A DNA stretch of 64,000 bases from Gammaproteobacteria bacterium (GCA_965243205.1 CBDEUK010000002.1:1440001-1504000); one strand, 5' to 3'; numbered from the stretch's first letter, positions 21,053 through 32,086 are shown. Made by a program: numbers and translations. The notes: generated by a model from the letters alone, not told the origin.

Positions 21053-21460
21053 ATGATTAAAAATCTACAAGTATTCACGGATAAAATAGCGATAAGTCTT
21101 TCGATGCTTTGCGCGATTCATTGCTTAATACTGCCGTTATTCATTTTATCATTACCGAACTTAAGCTTATTACAATTCATTAATAATGAATCGTTTCATT
21201 TATGGATGTTATTAGTGGTTATTCCTACTAGCCTATGTGCTTTAACTTTAGGTTGTAAAAAACATGGTCGTTATCATTTATTCGTATACGGAGTTATTGG
21301 TTTAGCAGTGATGATTCTAGCGATTCTATTAACTGAGGTATTTCTATCAGAATCTTGGGAAAAGATATTAACTGTAATAGGCGCAAGTATTATTGCAATA
21401 GGACATTACAAGAACTATCAATTGTGCCAAAAACACGATTGTTGTTCGTGCTCTGTATAA
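21053..21460 (+). CDS. MerC-domain membrane protein
   Basis: 'SMLCAIHCLILP', four TM segments, C-terminal Cys cluster. Confidence 0.85.
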   Translation: MIKNLQVFTDKIAISLSMLCAIHCLILPLFILSLPNLSLLQFINNESFHLWMLLVVIPTSLCALTLGCKKHGRYHLFVYGVIGLAVMILAILLTEVFLSESWEKILTVIGASIIAIGHYKNYQLCQKHDCCSCSV

Positions 21461-21484
21461 AACTATATAATATAAAAAGATATT

Positions 21485-22117
21485 TTATTCTTCAGTATAA
21501 GGTTCTAATTCCTGACCTGACATACTGTAAGCAGAAGTCGCCATATCATTATTAATCAATGTAGTTTTAAGGATACCCGATACCCAAAATGGATCATATA
21601 AAGCATCCAGCGTAAAACCCTTTGGATATTTAACATAAATGATCTGATTAGGTGGCGGTGGTGGGACATGAATACAAGCGCCGAAATATGGCACCAGAAA
21701 AAATTCTGTTATCACTTGATCATCATTATATTCCAAAGGCACTATAAACCCTGGTATTTTTACAGCCTGGCCATCGAATTCTTCAATGACCCGGGTAGAA
21801 ACTAACGCTTGTTGGAAACGATCAGCCGTTTCTCTTTGACTTTCATCTTCAAGCGGTTTTTGAAGTTTAAAGGTAACATCATCTTCAGGTGAACCGTCTT
21901 CAATCTCTGATAGGTAGTCTGGAGGGTTTAATAATGCCTCCAAATCATCTTGCGGTAATAGGTCATCCCAATCGACAGATTTATATGAGTATTTTTCAGG
22001 CTTAGGCGGAACTACAGTATCCGAATTAAACTGTTGCTCCGTAGCATCTGCACGGCAATTAATGAATACTAGTGTTAATAACAGTCCTAAGAAAATATTA
22101 GTCATTCGATTATTCAT
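21485..22117 (-). CDS. DUF3299 family protein
   Basis: 'IPGFIVPLE', 'FFLVPYFGACIHVPPPPPNQII'; start uncertain (22105-22153). Confidence 0.9.
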   Translation of the reverse strand: MNNRMTNIFLGLLLTLVFINCRADATEQQFNSDTVVPPKPEKYSYKSVDWDDLLPQDDLEALLNPPDYLSEIEDGSPEDDVTFKLQKPLEDESQRETADRFQQALVSTRVIEEFDGQAVKIPGFIVPLEYNDDQVITEFFLVPYFGACIHVPPPPPNQIIYVKYPKGFTLDALYDPFWVSGILKTTLINNDMATSAYSMSGQELEPYTEE

Positions 22118-22158
22118 TTTTTTATTTCTTGCGCTATAGATTTTTATGTACACTAGGA

Positions 22159-22179
22159 AATTGATAAATTATAACATTT
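22159..22179. promoter_or_regulatory. Zur box (degenerate left half) in a divergent promoter
   Basis: AATTGATAAATTATAACATTT; right half TATAACATTT is perfect; lies between DUF3299 and the ABC ATPase. Confidence 0.6.
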
Positions 22180-22223
22180 ATAGTTCATAATTAATTACTG
22201 AAAATATTTTTCAGGCATATTCT

Positions 22224-22895
22224 ATGATGATTCATCTAAACAATATTATTTTTTCCTACCCAAATACAAACGATAAGCCGGTTTTAAAGCTACATGACTG
22301 GTCTGTATCAGCTGGGGAAAAAGTTTTTATTCAAGGTCCATCAGGATGTGGCAAATCAACATTACTGAATATCTTGAGTGGTATATTACTACCAAATCAA
22401 GGCGAAATATCCGTGTTAGGTGAAAGACTAGATTTGATGAGCTCTCATAAACGCGACAAATTTAGAGCAGATCATATAGGCTATGTATTTCAACAATTTA
22501 ATCTTATTCCTTATCTAGATGCGATAGAAAATGTTAAGTTAGTCCAATATTTTTGCAGCAATAACTCAAAATCTCTTGCTCTAGATGATGAGATAAAATC
22601 ATTACTTCTAAAATTGCATATTGCAGATAATGATTGGAATAAACCAGCTAAAAAACTTAGCATTGGACAACAACAACGTATTGCAATTGCCAGGGCAATT
22701 ATTAATAAACCTAAATTATTAATCGTAGATGAACCTACTTCATCACTTGATTATGAAAACCGTGACCAGTTCATGTCATTACTAATGTCTTTAGTTCTCG
22801 AACACAACATCACATTAATATTCGTTAGTCACGATATGTCTTTATCTGAGAATTTTAGTCGAGTAGATGCTCTTTCAGATATTAATGATTCCTAA
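22224..22895 (+). CDS. ABC transporter ATP-binding protein (LolD/MacB-like, Zrg type)
   Basis: GPSGCGKST, FQQFNLIP, LSIGQQQR, VDEPTSSLD. Confidence 0.9.
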   Translation: MMIHLNNIIFSYPNTNDKPVLKLHDWSVSAGEKVFIQGPSGCGKSTLLNILSGILLPNQGEISVLGERLDLMSSHKRDKFRADHIGYVFQQFNLIPYLDAIENVKLVQYFCSNNSKSLALDDEIKSLLLKLHIADNDWNKPAKKLSIGQQQRIAIARAIINKPKLLIVDEPTSSLDYENRDQFMSLLMSLVLEHNITLIFVSHDMSLSENFSRVDALSDINDS

Positions 22896-22904
22896 GGTGA
22901 ATAA

Positions 22905-24143
22905 ATGTTTTTTAAATTGGCTGCGAAAAGTTTATTAGAGCGAAAGAACTCCGTCATGTTAACGATAATGGCTATGGCGGTCAGTATCTTTGTTCTATTA
23001 GGTGTAGAACATATACGACATCAAGCAAAAGACAGCTTTGCTAATACTGTTTCAGGAGTTGATCTTATTGTTGGTGCTAGAACAGGCAGCCTAAATCTCT
23101 TACTTTATTCTGTGTTTCGTATTGGCTCACCAACTAATAATATCAATTGGAATTCATTCGAAGAGATTGCTTCTAATTCCAAAGTAAAATGGGCTATCCC
23201 AATTTCACTTGGTGATTCCCATAAAGGTTATCGTGTTATGGGAACCAATCAAAATTATTTCAAATACTTTAGTTATGGAGATAAACATAAACTCAGTTTT
23301 AAACAAGGCAAATCTTTTGATGATTTATTCGATGTTGTTTTAGGTAATGATGTTGCGAAAAAACTTGGATACTCTCTAGGAGATGAGTTGGTATTAGCAC
23401 ATGGCATGGCGAGCACGAGTTTTAGCCTTCATGATGATCGACCATTTACTGTTGTTGGTATATTGAAACCAACAGGCACACCTGTTGATCAAACACTTCA
23501 TATTAGTTTAGAAGGAATCGAAGCGATACATATAGATTGGAAGAATGGTATTAAAATACCTGGCAAAAAAATATCTGAATCTCAACTTGAACAATTGAAA
23601 CTTAAGCCGAAAAACATCACCGCTTTTATGCTAGGTTTAAAATCTCGTATGGCTACGTTTTCAGTACAACGTAATATTAATCATTATAATAAAGAACCTT
23701 TATCAGCTATCTTACCTGGTGTTGCATTGTCAGAACTTTGGCAAATGATGAACATGTTAGAAAACACACTTCGACTAATATCATTACTTGTCCTAGTTGC
23801 AGCGCTATTAGGTTTAAGTGCTATGTTATTAGCCTCTATTCGTGAGCGTCGCCATGAAGTTCAATTACTCAGAGTTATTGGAGCCAGTCCTTGGTTTTTA
23901 TTTTTGTTAATAGAGCTTGAAGCATTAATGATTAGTTTATTAAGTATTCTACTCGGCTCATCTGCACTCTATGGTTGCTTAGCATTTATACGGAATGCCT
24001 TAGCATCAAACTTCGGATTACACATTAATACTGATATCCTCTCAGAAAGCTCTCTATATCTACTACTTATTATAATCACTTCTACTTTACTGGCAGCTTC
24101 GATCCCTTCTTTTTCTATCTATAAAAATTCAAACTCTATTTAA
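22905..24143 (+). CDS. ABC transporter permease (FtsX/MacB-like, Zrg type)
   Basis: 'DLIVGAR...LLLYSVFRIG', 'PISLGDSHKG', 'ERRHE..LLR.IGA'. Confidence 0.85.
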   Translation: MFFKLAAKSLLERKNSVMLTIMAMAVSIFVLLGVEHIRHQAKDSFANTVSGVDLIVGARTGSLNLLLYSVFRIGSPTNNINWNSFEEIASNSKVKWAIPISLGDSHKGYRVMGTNQNYFKYFSYGDKHKLSFKQGKSFDDLFDVVLGNDVAKKLGYSLGDELVLAHGMASTSFSLHDDRPFTVVGILKPTGTPVDQTLHISLEGIEAIHIDWKNGIKIPGKKISESQLEQLKLKPKNITAFMLGLKSRMATFSVQRNINHYNKEPLSAILPGVALSELWQMMNMLENTLRLISLLVLVAALLGLSAMLLASIRERRHEVQLLRVIGASPWFLFLLIELEALMISLLSILLGSSALYGCLAFIRNALASNFGLHINTDILSESSLYLLLIIITSTLLAASIPSFSIYKNSNSI

Positions 24144-24267
24144 TTTTTTAATAAAATAATCTTATTTCTACTTATAACTTATCTAGTTTAAAAAATGATC
24201 GAACTAACTATGAGATAGCAAGTCAGATAAAAATCTTACCGTCTATTAAAAAATATAATCAAAAATA

Positions 24268-25377
24268 ATGACTATTTTCATCATTCTCTTTGTAGCGACT
24301 ATTTTTTTGGCTTATGCAAATGGTGCTAATGATAACTTTAAAGGCGTCGCCACGCTGTTTGGAAGTAAAACAACCAATTATTCTAAAGCCATTCGTTGGG
24401 CGACTTTAACAACCATCCTCGGTTCATTTTCTTCAATCATTCTAGCAGAGAAATTATTAAAGAATTTTTCAGGTAAAGGCTTAGTGCCCGCTGAAATAAC
24501 TGCTGCGCCCGAGTTTCTGACTTCTGTTGCTATCGGCTCAGGCCTTACCGTTTTATTTACAGCTCTTCGTGGCTTACCCATTTCAACCACACACAGTTTA
24601 GTTGGTGGTCTTGTCGGCAGTGGTATTATGGCAATAGGAAGTGATGTCAATTTTCAATTTCTTGGAAAAACATTTTTTATCCCATTATTGGTCAGCCCTT
24701 TTATTGCTGTTTTATTAGCTTATACCTTTTACTCTGTTTTCCGTTTAATAGAAAAGCGTTTTGGGCTTAACAAAAACTGGTGTTTATGTATTGGATTAAC
24801 TAATAACTATGAAAATATAAACGGTCAAACTACTATTTATGAAAACCAATTAACAACACATTCTGATACTAAACAAAACTGTGATGCAAAATACTCAAAT
24901 CATTTTCTTGGTATAAGTTTTCAAAAAATTCTCGATAACCTGCATTTTTTAAGTGCCGGGATTGTTTGTTTTGCTAGAGGTTTAAATGACACCCCAAAAA
25001 TTTTTGCACTATTAATTGCTGTTCCAGGCATCTCAATACAATATGGCATGATTGCAGTCGCCTTTGGCATGGCAATTGGTGGTCTTTTAAATGCTCGACG
25101 TATTGCAGAGACCATTAGTAATAAAATTACTCCGATAAAACACGAACAAGGGTTTGCTGCTAACCTTGTAACTGGTTTCCTGGTTATTTTTGCTAGTCGT
25201 TTAGGCATTCCTGTATCAACGACTCATGTTTCAGTTGGATCAATATTTGGAATAAGTCTTTTAACAGGGCAAGGCAATAAGAAAGTGATTTCAAATATTT
25301 TAATATCTTGGTTACTAACATTACCAGTAGCAGGCCTATTAAGTGCAGTAACGTATTATTTAATTAATAGTCCATAA
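24268..25377 (+). CDS. PiT-family inorganic phosphate/anion transporter
   Basis: NGANDNFK, PISTTH, GLND, PVSTTH. Confidence 0.85.
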   Translation: MTIFIILFVATIFLAYANGANDNFKGVATLFGSKTTNYSKAIRWATLTTILGSFSSIILAEKLLKNFSGKGLVPAEITAAPEFLTSVAIGSGLTVLFTALRGLPISTTHSLVGGLVGSGIMAIGSDVNFQFLGKTFFIPLLVSPFIAVLLAYTFYSVFRLIEKRFGLNKNWCLCIGLTNNYENINGQTTIYENQLTTHSDTKQNCDAKYSNHFLGISFQKILDNLHFLSAGIVCFARGLNDTPKIFALLIAVPGISIQYGMIAVAFGMAIGGLLNARRIAETISNKITPIKHEQGFAANLVTGFLVIFASRLGIPVSTTHVSVGSIFGISLLTGQGNKKVISNILISWLLTLPVAGLLSAVTYYLINSP

Positions 25378-25407
25378 ATTTTTATGAATTCAGTTAAAAA
25401 ATTAGCA

Positions 25408-26160
25408 TTAATTTATGGCAATACCATTCAGTGACCAGTCATAATTTAGATAACTCACATCAAAACTATCTTTGCTAAGTAATTCAGCTATTGTGGGATC
25501 ATTTACATATTTAGCTAGATATTTTTGAACAGAACCTGAATGATTCTCAAAATCTTCAGAAAACCAATCAAAAATCTTGGATATTTTTATTTGATTTTGA
25601 TTTAAATCGTATTGATTTTTTACATTATCGTTGATAAATACTTTTGCGTTTTTTTCCAAATTCTTTTCAAGGTTATCCGCTGTATAAGCCTCAGAAATAA
25701 GTATGGGGCAAGAGGCAGAAGCACAGTTAATTGCAAAATGGATACGTGGTTCATTAAACGGAATAATGATATCTCTTTCTAAATCATAAAGATTTATGTT
25801 TCGGCCCGCCACGTCGTATTTAGTCGATTTAAAGAATGTAATACGTGAAAAAAAACCATCAGGACTCAAGCCATCTAAAATCCCTTTTATGGTAAGAGCA
25901 TTATATGCATTGATCCAAAAAGCCAGTTTTGCATTTCGAGAGGCGAAATCATCGGGATTAGTATTTTCCAAATAGTTAATGTATTCAGTAAACCGCTTAT
26001 CTTTTTTAATAGCTGAATAGTCTACTTGACCATTTTTAACATGTTCTTGAACAACCTCATCGAATAGAACATGTCCCGTTACAGTTTCAGCTCGAACACC
26101 AAAGGCCATGGTAAGTGTAAAAGCAAGTATAAAACTTAAAGTGTTTATTAAATATTTCAT
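25408..26160 (-). CDS. Secreted DUF547 protein
   Basis: 'LAFWINAYNA', 'EPRIHFAINCASASCP', 'SKIFDWF', 'YDWSLN'. Confidence 0.9.
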   Translation of the reverse strand: MKYLINTLSFILAFTLTMAFGVRAETVTGHVLFDEVVQEHVKNGQVDYSAIKKDKRFTEYINYLENTNPDDFASRNAKLAFWINAYNALTIKGILDGLSPDGFFSRITFFKSTKYDVAGRNINLYDLERDIIIPFNEPRIHFAINCASASCPILISEAYTADNLEKNLEKNAKVFINDNVKNQYDLNQNQIKISKIFDWFSEDFENHSGSVQKYLAKYVNDPTIAELLSKDSFDVSYLNYDWSLNGIAIN

Positions 26161-26454
26161 AACATTCCCCAGATTTTAATATTTTACTATTTGCACTGAG
26201 TCTGATGATTTGTTTTAGTTCAAACATTAAAAATAATTTAATTTATGAAATAAAAATATTTATGAAAAAATATTCAACACATTAAATATAATAAATCTAT
26301 TGAACTTTTTATAAATTGATATAAGCGTTTATTGTTTATCGGAATCTCTCACCAAGAGCATCTTATCTACAGATAATTTTTTACTAATTCGCCGATTTTA
26401 ATCTGCCGTTCAGACATTTGTTCTACTAATTTATTACCAAATTCAAAAAAATAC

Positions 26455-26481
26455 TTAAATCGTATGAGAATGTGCCGATAA
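26455..26481 (+). promoter_or_regulatory. Sigma28 (FliA) promoter
   Basis: (T)TAAA-N14/15-GCCGATAA about 45 nt upstream of a chemoreceptor gene. Confidence 0.7.
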
Positions 26482-26524
26482 ATACAGAGTCGTATCTTTC
26501 TAAAATTATTTTAGGATTTGAAAA

Positions 26525-28147
26525 GTGATTAAAAACAAGATTTTATCTTTAAATATTTCAAAAAAAATACTCAGTGGTTATGTGTTTTGCCTTGTCCTTT
26601 TTTTATTATTTTCAGGCTTAACACTATTTAATGGCCAAAGAATCAATACTGTCACCAAAAATTTGGCAGAAGATCAACTACCCAATATGGTAGCTATCTC
26701 CGATCTGAATATGCTGACACAAGCTCAAACAGTATCTTTATATGAACTTTATGCAACAGCAGAAAGTAAGCCATTTTATAAAACTCAAAAAAATCATATA
26801 GAACAAGAAAAATTATTATTAGAAAAAATAAGTAATTTGTCCGAATATCAAAAATATGAAAACGAAATTATTGATAAGCTAAAACAACAAAAACAATTTG
26901 CCAATTCATTTGTTAAAGTAATGACATCAACCCGTATCGATTGGGATGAAGCACGTAGGACTTTAGCTAATTTTGCAAACGCAGCAAAAGATACAGCAAA
27001 TGTTTTAAACAAATTAGCAAACGATGCAGAATCAGCAACATTATTAATCGCTAATAACTCAAAAAATCTTATCAGCCAACTCATTAATATGAGTTTTATC
27101 ATAACGGTACTCGCCATAATTGGCTTATTTGTTATGACAAAATACACAAAAACTCAAATTATCAAACCTTTAGAAAAAATCAGTGCGCAATTAAATTCAA
27201 TCACTGAAAAAAGAGATATCACTCAACGTATAGATATTGATTCTAAAGATGAAATCGGAAATACCGCAAACTCTGTTAATAGTTTATTAGATGAATTTCA
27301 GAATCTATCTAAAACATTGAATCAAACTGTGATTAATATGGGATCATCTGTAGAAACATTAACATCCATTTCTCAAGAAACTCGAAATAGTGTTAATAAT
27401 CAGAATACTGAATTACAGCAAGCTGAAATTATTAGTAATGAAATTGTAAATCAAGTTGAAACTATTGTTACAAAAGCTGAAGAAGCATCGCAAGAAGCTA
27501 ATACTTCTGCAACTGTTTCGAAAGATGGCCGAGAAGTTGTTACTACCAATAGAAATGTTATTAATGATCTCGCAAGAGAAGTTGAAGCAAGCTCAGGCGC
27601 AATATCTAATCTAGTTCAAGACTCTGAAAAAGTTATTGAAGTATTAGATATTATTGAAGGTATAGCTGATCAAACCAACCTATTAGCGCTTAATGCTGCT
27701 ATTGAAGCCGCTCGTGCTGGAGAAGCTGGAAGAGGATTCGCAGTAGTAGCAGATGAGGTTCGACAACTTGCACAAAATACCAGTGATGCAACATCGGATA
27801 TTAATGACATCATGAATAATCTTCGATCTGCAGTCTCTGATACAAATCGCTTAATGAAAAAAGCAACAGAGCAAGCGGATAAAAGTATTACTGTAGCGAA
27901 TGAAGCTGAACAAAAGCTTGGTACTATACAAGAAGCTACGCGACAAATTTTAACGGTAAATGCTGAAATAGATACTGTTGCACAATCGCATCACAACCAA
28001 GTAGATCAAATTAAAGCTTGTATGGTACATGTCCAAGAATACTCAACTTCTACAGATACAAATGTCCATCAACTACAAGATACAACTAATAAACTGACGG
28101 TTCTTGCGAAAAGCTTACAAGATCATATTAGCAGTATAAAATATTAA
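26525..28147 (+). CDS. Methyl-accepting chemotaxis protein (4HB-like sensor, HAMP)
   Basis: Two TM segments, HAMP 'DEIG', [34 protein letters not shown]. Confidence 0.95.
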   Translation: MIKNKILSLNISKKILSGYVFCLVLFLLFSGLTLFNGQRINTVTKNLAEDQLPNMVAISDLNMLTQAQTVSLYELYATAESKPFYKTQKNHIEQEKLLLEKISNLSEYQKYENEIIDKLKQQKQFANSFVKVMTSTRIDWDEARRTLANFANAAKDTANVLNKLANDAESATLLIANNSKNLISQLINMSFIITVLAIIGLFVMTKYTKTQIIKPLEKISAQLNSITEKRDITQRIDIDSKDEIGNTANSVNSLLDEFQNLSKTLNQTVINMGSSVETLTSISQETRNSVNNQNTELQQAEIISNEIVNQVETIVTKAEEASQEANTSATVSKDGREVVTTNRNVINDLAREVEASSGAISNLVQDSEKVIEVLDIIEGIADQTNLLALNAAIEAARAGEAGRGFAVVADEVRQLAQNTSDATSDINDIMNNLRSAVSDTNRLMKKATEQADKSITVANEAEQKLGTIQEATRQILTVNAEIDTVAQSHHNQVDQIKACMVHVQEYSTSTDTNVHQLQDTTNKLTVLAKSLQDHISSIKY

Positions 28148-28187
28148 TCGTTATATTTATAAGTATACTAACTAGCCTAATTAAACA

Positions 28188-28802
28188 TTATATTTCTGTT
28201 GTCGTAGTTTCTTGTTTTTCTTTTTCTTCTGGCAACTCAAACAACTCCTGTAATTTTTTAACCAAGTCGTCTATCTCTTGTTGCAATTCAGGAATACCTT
28301 CTTCTATTTTTTGTTCAAACTCTGAAATACCTTTTTCTATTTCGGGTATAGCTTTATCAATTTCATCCAATGATCGATTAAATTCATCTTTCAATAAATC
28401 ACTCAATTCTGATAAGTCTTCAATGACATCACTAAAAGATTTTGGTTGAACACCCGAAACAGTCTTACTGTGGTCAACTTTCCATATTCCTTCTGTTTGA
28501 ATTAAATAAGTTGTAAGTTGAATTGATTCATGTTCTGAACCGATTAAGTATAGGGTTGTATCAATCTCAGATTTTTTTTCATTAATAGTAATTTGACCAA
28601 GCTCAAATGAATTTATATCAGGCAGAGAACTAAATTTATCTGTTTCAGAATCCCAAAAAGCTGTGGAATATTTCTTCATACTACTCACATCTTTATTTTG
28701 TACTGCCGTCCAATATAACTCTGCAACTTGAACAGGTGTCAGTAGGTTTTGGCACGAGGTCAATATGCCCAGCAACAAAATTACAACAATGAATCGATTC
28801 AT
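28188..28802 (-). CDS. Hypothetical lipoprotein with acidic coiled-coil tail
   Basis: MNRFIVVILLLGILTSC lipobox; RBS AGGA before ATG 28802. Confidence 0.65.
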   Translation of the reverse strand: MNRFIVVILLLGILTSCQNLLTPVQVAELYWTAVQNKDVSSMKKYSTAFWDSETDKFSSLPDINSFELGQITINEKKSEIDTTLYLIGSEHESIQLTTYLIQTEGIWKVDHSKTVSGVQPKSFSDVIEDLSELSDLLKDEFNRSLDEIDKAIPEIEKGISEFEQKIEEGIPELQQEIDDLVKKLQELFELPEEKEKQETTTTEI

Positions 28803-29019
28803 AAAGCTTCCTAAATAACTGTAATATTCAAATATTTTGAGTGTTACTGAGATCAAATAGTTTTACTACTCATAAACAATAAACTTTATTGCTGCAACGC
28901 ATCATAATAGAGCTATCAAGGCTGATTCGCACCCTTTATGCTCATGATATTTCTTATTTAATAACAACTATTTTATATAAATACTTGTTTTTATTATATA
29001 AAAATTCCTTTACGACTAA

Positions 29020-29035
29020 TGGCATAGGCTTTGCT
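29020..29035 (+). promoter_or_regulatory. Sigma54 -24/-12 promoter
   Basis: TGGCATAGGCTTTGCT, GG-N10-GC spacing, in the intergenic region before the hydrolase. Confidence 0.6.
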
Positions 29036-29352
29036 CCTTAGAAAACTAAGAATAAGAAAAATCGTATCTAGCGAAAAGAGGAGGAAGAGTGAATAGATTT
29101 TTTTGATAGTTGGGAGTCAGTATTATGTTGTATAAAAAATATTTTAAGCACTTCTCAGGCTTATATAGCCAGTTAGGAAAAAGCCTTTGGTGTCATGATT
29201 TTTCTTCGAATCATTATATAAAGCAAGCGCATCACTCGCTAAACCATAAAATCTCTCAATATTCACAAGAACTGGTCGATAGCCTTATTAAGCAGCATCC
29301 AACTGTCATGAGTCAGATGAGACCAGACATTAAAGCTTCACGAGGTGAACTG

Positions 29353-30510
29353 ATGCTAAAAAGCCAAAATCAAAGTGAGTCCGTAACATTAAAGAAAAGT
29401 GATATTGCCATTTTTCTAAACGGGCTAGCTTTGGTTTTCGTTTTTTTGTTCGCAGTGATTTCTATCCGGCCCGTTAGTGCTGAAGAAATTGAATTTGATT
29501 TCTTTACCCCACCAGGTGAATTAGTACCCATTGGTACTCATCGTTTACATCTATTCTGCAAAGGTAAAGGTAGTCCTACTGTGTTAATCGATTCAGGTTT
29601 AGGAAGTTTTTCCATGGAATGGAAATACATACAAGATAATTTAGCTAAAAATGCTAAAACCTGTATTTATGATCGAGCAGGCTATGGTTGGAGTGAGCCT
29701 GGGCCAACACCAAGAACGACTGAACAAATATCAAATGAACTTTATCAATTAATCCAGGCTAAAACCCTTGAAGGACCATTTATCTTAGTTGGTCATTCAT
29801 TTGGCGGCTATAACATGCGTTATTTTGCCAATGAACATCCAAATATGGTAGCAGGAATTGTATTAGTAGATTCATCTCACCCTGATCAATTTGACCGAAT
29901 GGATCTTAAACCTGTAAATAAGCGTGTATCTCGCTCTGGGAAACAATATAAACACACTCTCTCAATTCCTCTTTTACACGAGAAATACCCAACAGAAGTA
30001 AAGTTTCTTGCGTTCAGAATGTTGACCAAACGACAATCTCATTTAGCTCGCTTCAATGAAGAAGATCATTTTAGAGATAGTGCGAAACAAGTTGCTACAG
30101 CGAATCATTTGCCAAATGTTCCTCTCGTCGTTGTCACTCGAGGTAAACGAGTATGGCCACAAGGAAAACAAGGCGATAAATTAGAATCTGCCTGGGAATC
30201 TATGCAAGCAGAGCTTAGTTATTTATCAACCATTTCTATTCAAATAGTCGCAAAAAACAGCGGTCATAGTGTGCATCTTGATCAACCTCACCTTGTGACT
30301 TCAGCGGTAATGAACACTATAAATGCCGCAAGACGGATTCAAACGAATCAAATAGGTAAATTGAGTGATGAGATTCAGTTCATTCAACCTAACGTTAATA
30401 CACCTTTGAATTATTATTTTGATTTTCCAATGATTGGCGCTTATATCAATCATTCAACAAATACTATGTACCACGATTCGAGCTCGTTTGCTTTGAACTT
30501 GCATTTATAA
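29353..30510 (+). CDS. Exported alpha/beta hydrolase
   Basis: YDRAGYGWS, GHSFGG nucleophile elbow, SGHSVH; RBS GAGGTG before ATG 29353 (frame is open from 29110). Confidence 0.85.
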   Translation: MLKSQNQSESVTLKKSDIAIFLNGLALVFVFLFAVISIRPVSAEEIEFDFFTPPGELVPIGTHRLHLFCKGKGSPTVLIDSGLGSFSMEWKYIQDNLAKNAKTCIYDRAGYGWSEPGPTPRTTEQISNELYQLIQAKTLEGPFILVGHSFGGYNMRYFANEHPNMVAGIVLVDSSHPDQFDRMDLKPVNKRVSRSGKQYKHTLSIPLLHEKYPTEVKFLAFRMLTKRQSHLARFNEEDHFRDSAKQVATANHLPNVPLVVVTRGKRVWPQGKQGDKLESAWESMQAELSYLSTISIQIVAKNSGHSVHLDQPHLVTSAVMNTINAARRIQTNQIGKLSDEIQFIQPNVNTPLNYYFDFPMIGAYINHSTNTMYHDSSSFALNLHL

Positions 30511-30667
30511 AGTTTTTTGTACCCTCCTCCTCTAAATTAGGCTCTTCTGTCATGAAATATTCATGGCAGAACGCTTAAATTCTGTTTTAACTCCACTTCT
30601 TAGCCCTTATAATAGCCAGCCTTTTTGCATAGCCAGATGGCTGCAACTAAAAATTGAGGATAATGAC

Positions 30668-31009
30668 ATGTCTGATGATCTATTTTTAAAAATCATTAAC
30701 CGTGAAATACCGGCTGATATTGTTTTTGAAGATGATCAATGCTTAGCGTTTAAAGATATAAATCCGCAAGCACCGATGCACATATTAATTATCCCTAAAA
30801 TACGAATACCGAAATTGGTAGAAGCTGAAGACTCACATCAGGATTTGTTAGGTCATTTAATGTTAAAAGCAAAAGAAATTGCTAAAGAGCAAGGCTATGG
30901 TGAAGCATTTCGTTTAGTTATCAATAACGGTGCTGATGTCGGCCAAACGGTATTCCACTTACATTTACACATTCTAGGTGGCAGAGATTTCAGCTGGCCT
31001 CCAGGTTAA
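30668..31009 (+). CDS. hinT: Histidine triad nucleotide-binding protein
   Basis: 'FKDINPQAP', HLHLHILGGR, WPPG end; RBS GAGG before ATG 30668. Confidence 0.9.
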   Translation: MSDDLFLKIINREIPADIVFEDDQCLAFKDINPQAPMHILIIPKIRIPKLVEAEDSHQDLLGHLMLKAKEIAKEQGYGEAFRLVINNGADVGQTVFHLHLHILGGRDFSWPPG

Positions 31010-31027
31010 ACAAACGAATAAATAAAA

Positions 31028-32086
31028 ATGATAGTTAAAACAGACGACCTTCGAATTGAATCAATTAAAGCCGTTACACCACCTGCGGAAATCATTGAAG
31101 AAATACCAATTACAGAAAACGCAGCTAATACAGTCGATGAAACTAGAACTGGCATTCAAAATATCATTAAAGGCGATGACAAACGCTTAATGGTCGTCAT
31201 TGGCCCATGTTCTATTCACAACGTTGATTCAGCAATTGATTATGCAAAACGTTTATTGCCATTAAAACAAAAGCACCAAGATGATTTATTAATCGTCATG
31301 CGAGTTTATTTTGAAAAACCAAGAACCACAGTAGGCTGGAAAGGTTTAATTAATGACCCTGATTTGGATAACAGCTTCCAAATTAATAAGGGATTGCGTA
31401 TGGCACGTGAATTGTTACTGGAATTAAATAATATGGGTATGCCTGCAGGCACCGAATATTTAGACCTGATCACACCACAGTACGTAACAGACTTAATCAG
31501 TTGGGGTGCGATTGGCGCGCGAACTACTGAAAGTCAGTGTCATCGTGAATTAGCATCGGGCCTCTCCTGCCCTGTAGGATTTAAAAATGGAACCGATGGC
31601 ACTACTAAGATTGCAGTCGATGCAATCATGTCAGCTTCTAGACCTCATAACTTTTTATCATTACGCAAAGAAGGTAATTCAGCCATTTTTAAAACAGCAG
31701 GCAATCCTTATTGCCATGTGATCTTACGTGGTGGGAAACAACCTAATTATGATGCTGAAAGTATCGATATTGCTGCAAAAGAGTTAGAAGCAGCTAAGCT
31801 TGAGCCAAAACTAATGGTTGATTTTAGTCATGCAAATAGTCAGAAACAACATAGACGTCAGTTAGATGTTGCAGACGATGTTGGGGAACAACTTAAAAAC
31901 AATGAGCAACGTATATTTGGTGTGATGATTGAAAGTAATATTGTCGAAGGGCGTCAAGATAATGTTGAAGGCCAAGAATTAACATATGGACAAAGTATTA
32001 CTGATGCTTGCATCGGCTGGGATGACACAGAATTAATTCTTGAAAAACTTGCTGCTGCATCTAAAGAAAGAATTGAATATTCTTAA
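31028..32086 (+). CDS. aroG: Class I DAHP synthase
   Basis: GPCSIH, RVYFEKPRTTVGWKG, GARTTESQ, DFSHANS, SITDACIGW. Confidence 0.9.
   Translation: MIVKTDDLRIESIKAVTPPAEIIEEIPITENAANTVDETRTGIQNIIKGDDKRLMVVIGPCSIHNVDSAIDYAKRLLPLKQKHQDDLLIVMRVYFEKPRTTVGWKGLINDPDLDNSFQINKGLRMARELLLELNNMGMPAGTEYLDLITPQYVTDLISWGAIGARTTESQCHRELASGLSCPVGFKNGTDGTTKIAVDAIMSASRPHNFLSLRKEGNSAIFKTAGNPYCHVILRGGKQPNYDAESIDIAAKELEAAKLEPKLMVDFSHANSQKQHRRQLDVADDVGEQLKNNEQRIFGVMIESNIVEGRQDNVEGQELTYGQSITDACIGWDDTELILEKLAAASKERIEYS

Noticed and set aside
26230-26300. Repeated ATTTATGAAA words in the DUF547/MCP intergenic region
   Set aside because: Low-complexity AT-rich sequence.
9070-28200. attR duplicate of the tRNA-Ile2 3' end closing the island
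   Set aside because: No second copy of ...AGGGCCCACCA noticed; an exact search would be needed to exclude a short one.
28842-28857. CRP-like site TGTTA-N6-TCAAA
   Set aside because: Two core mismatches in AT-rich DNA; not distinguishable from background.
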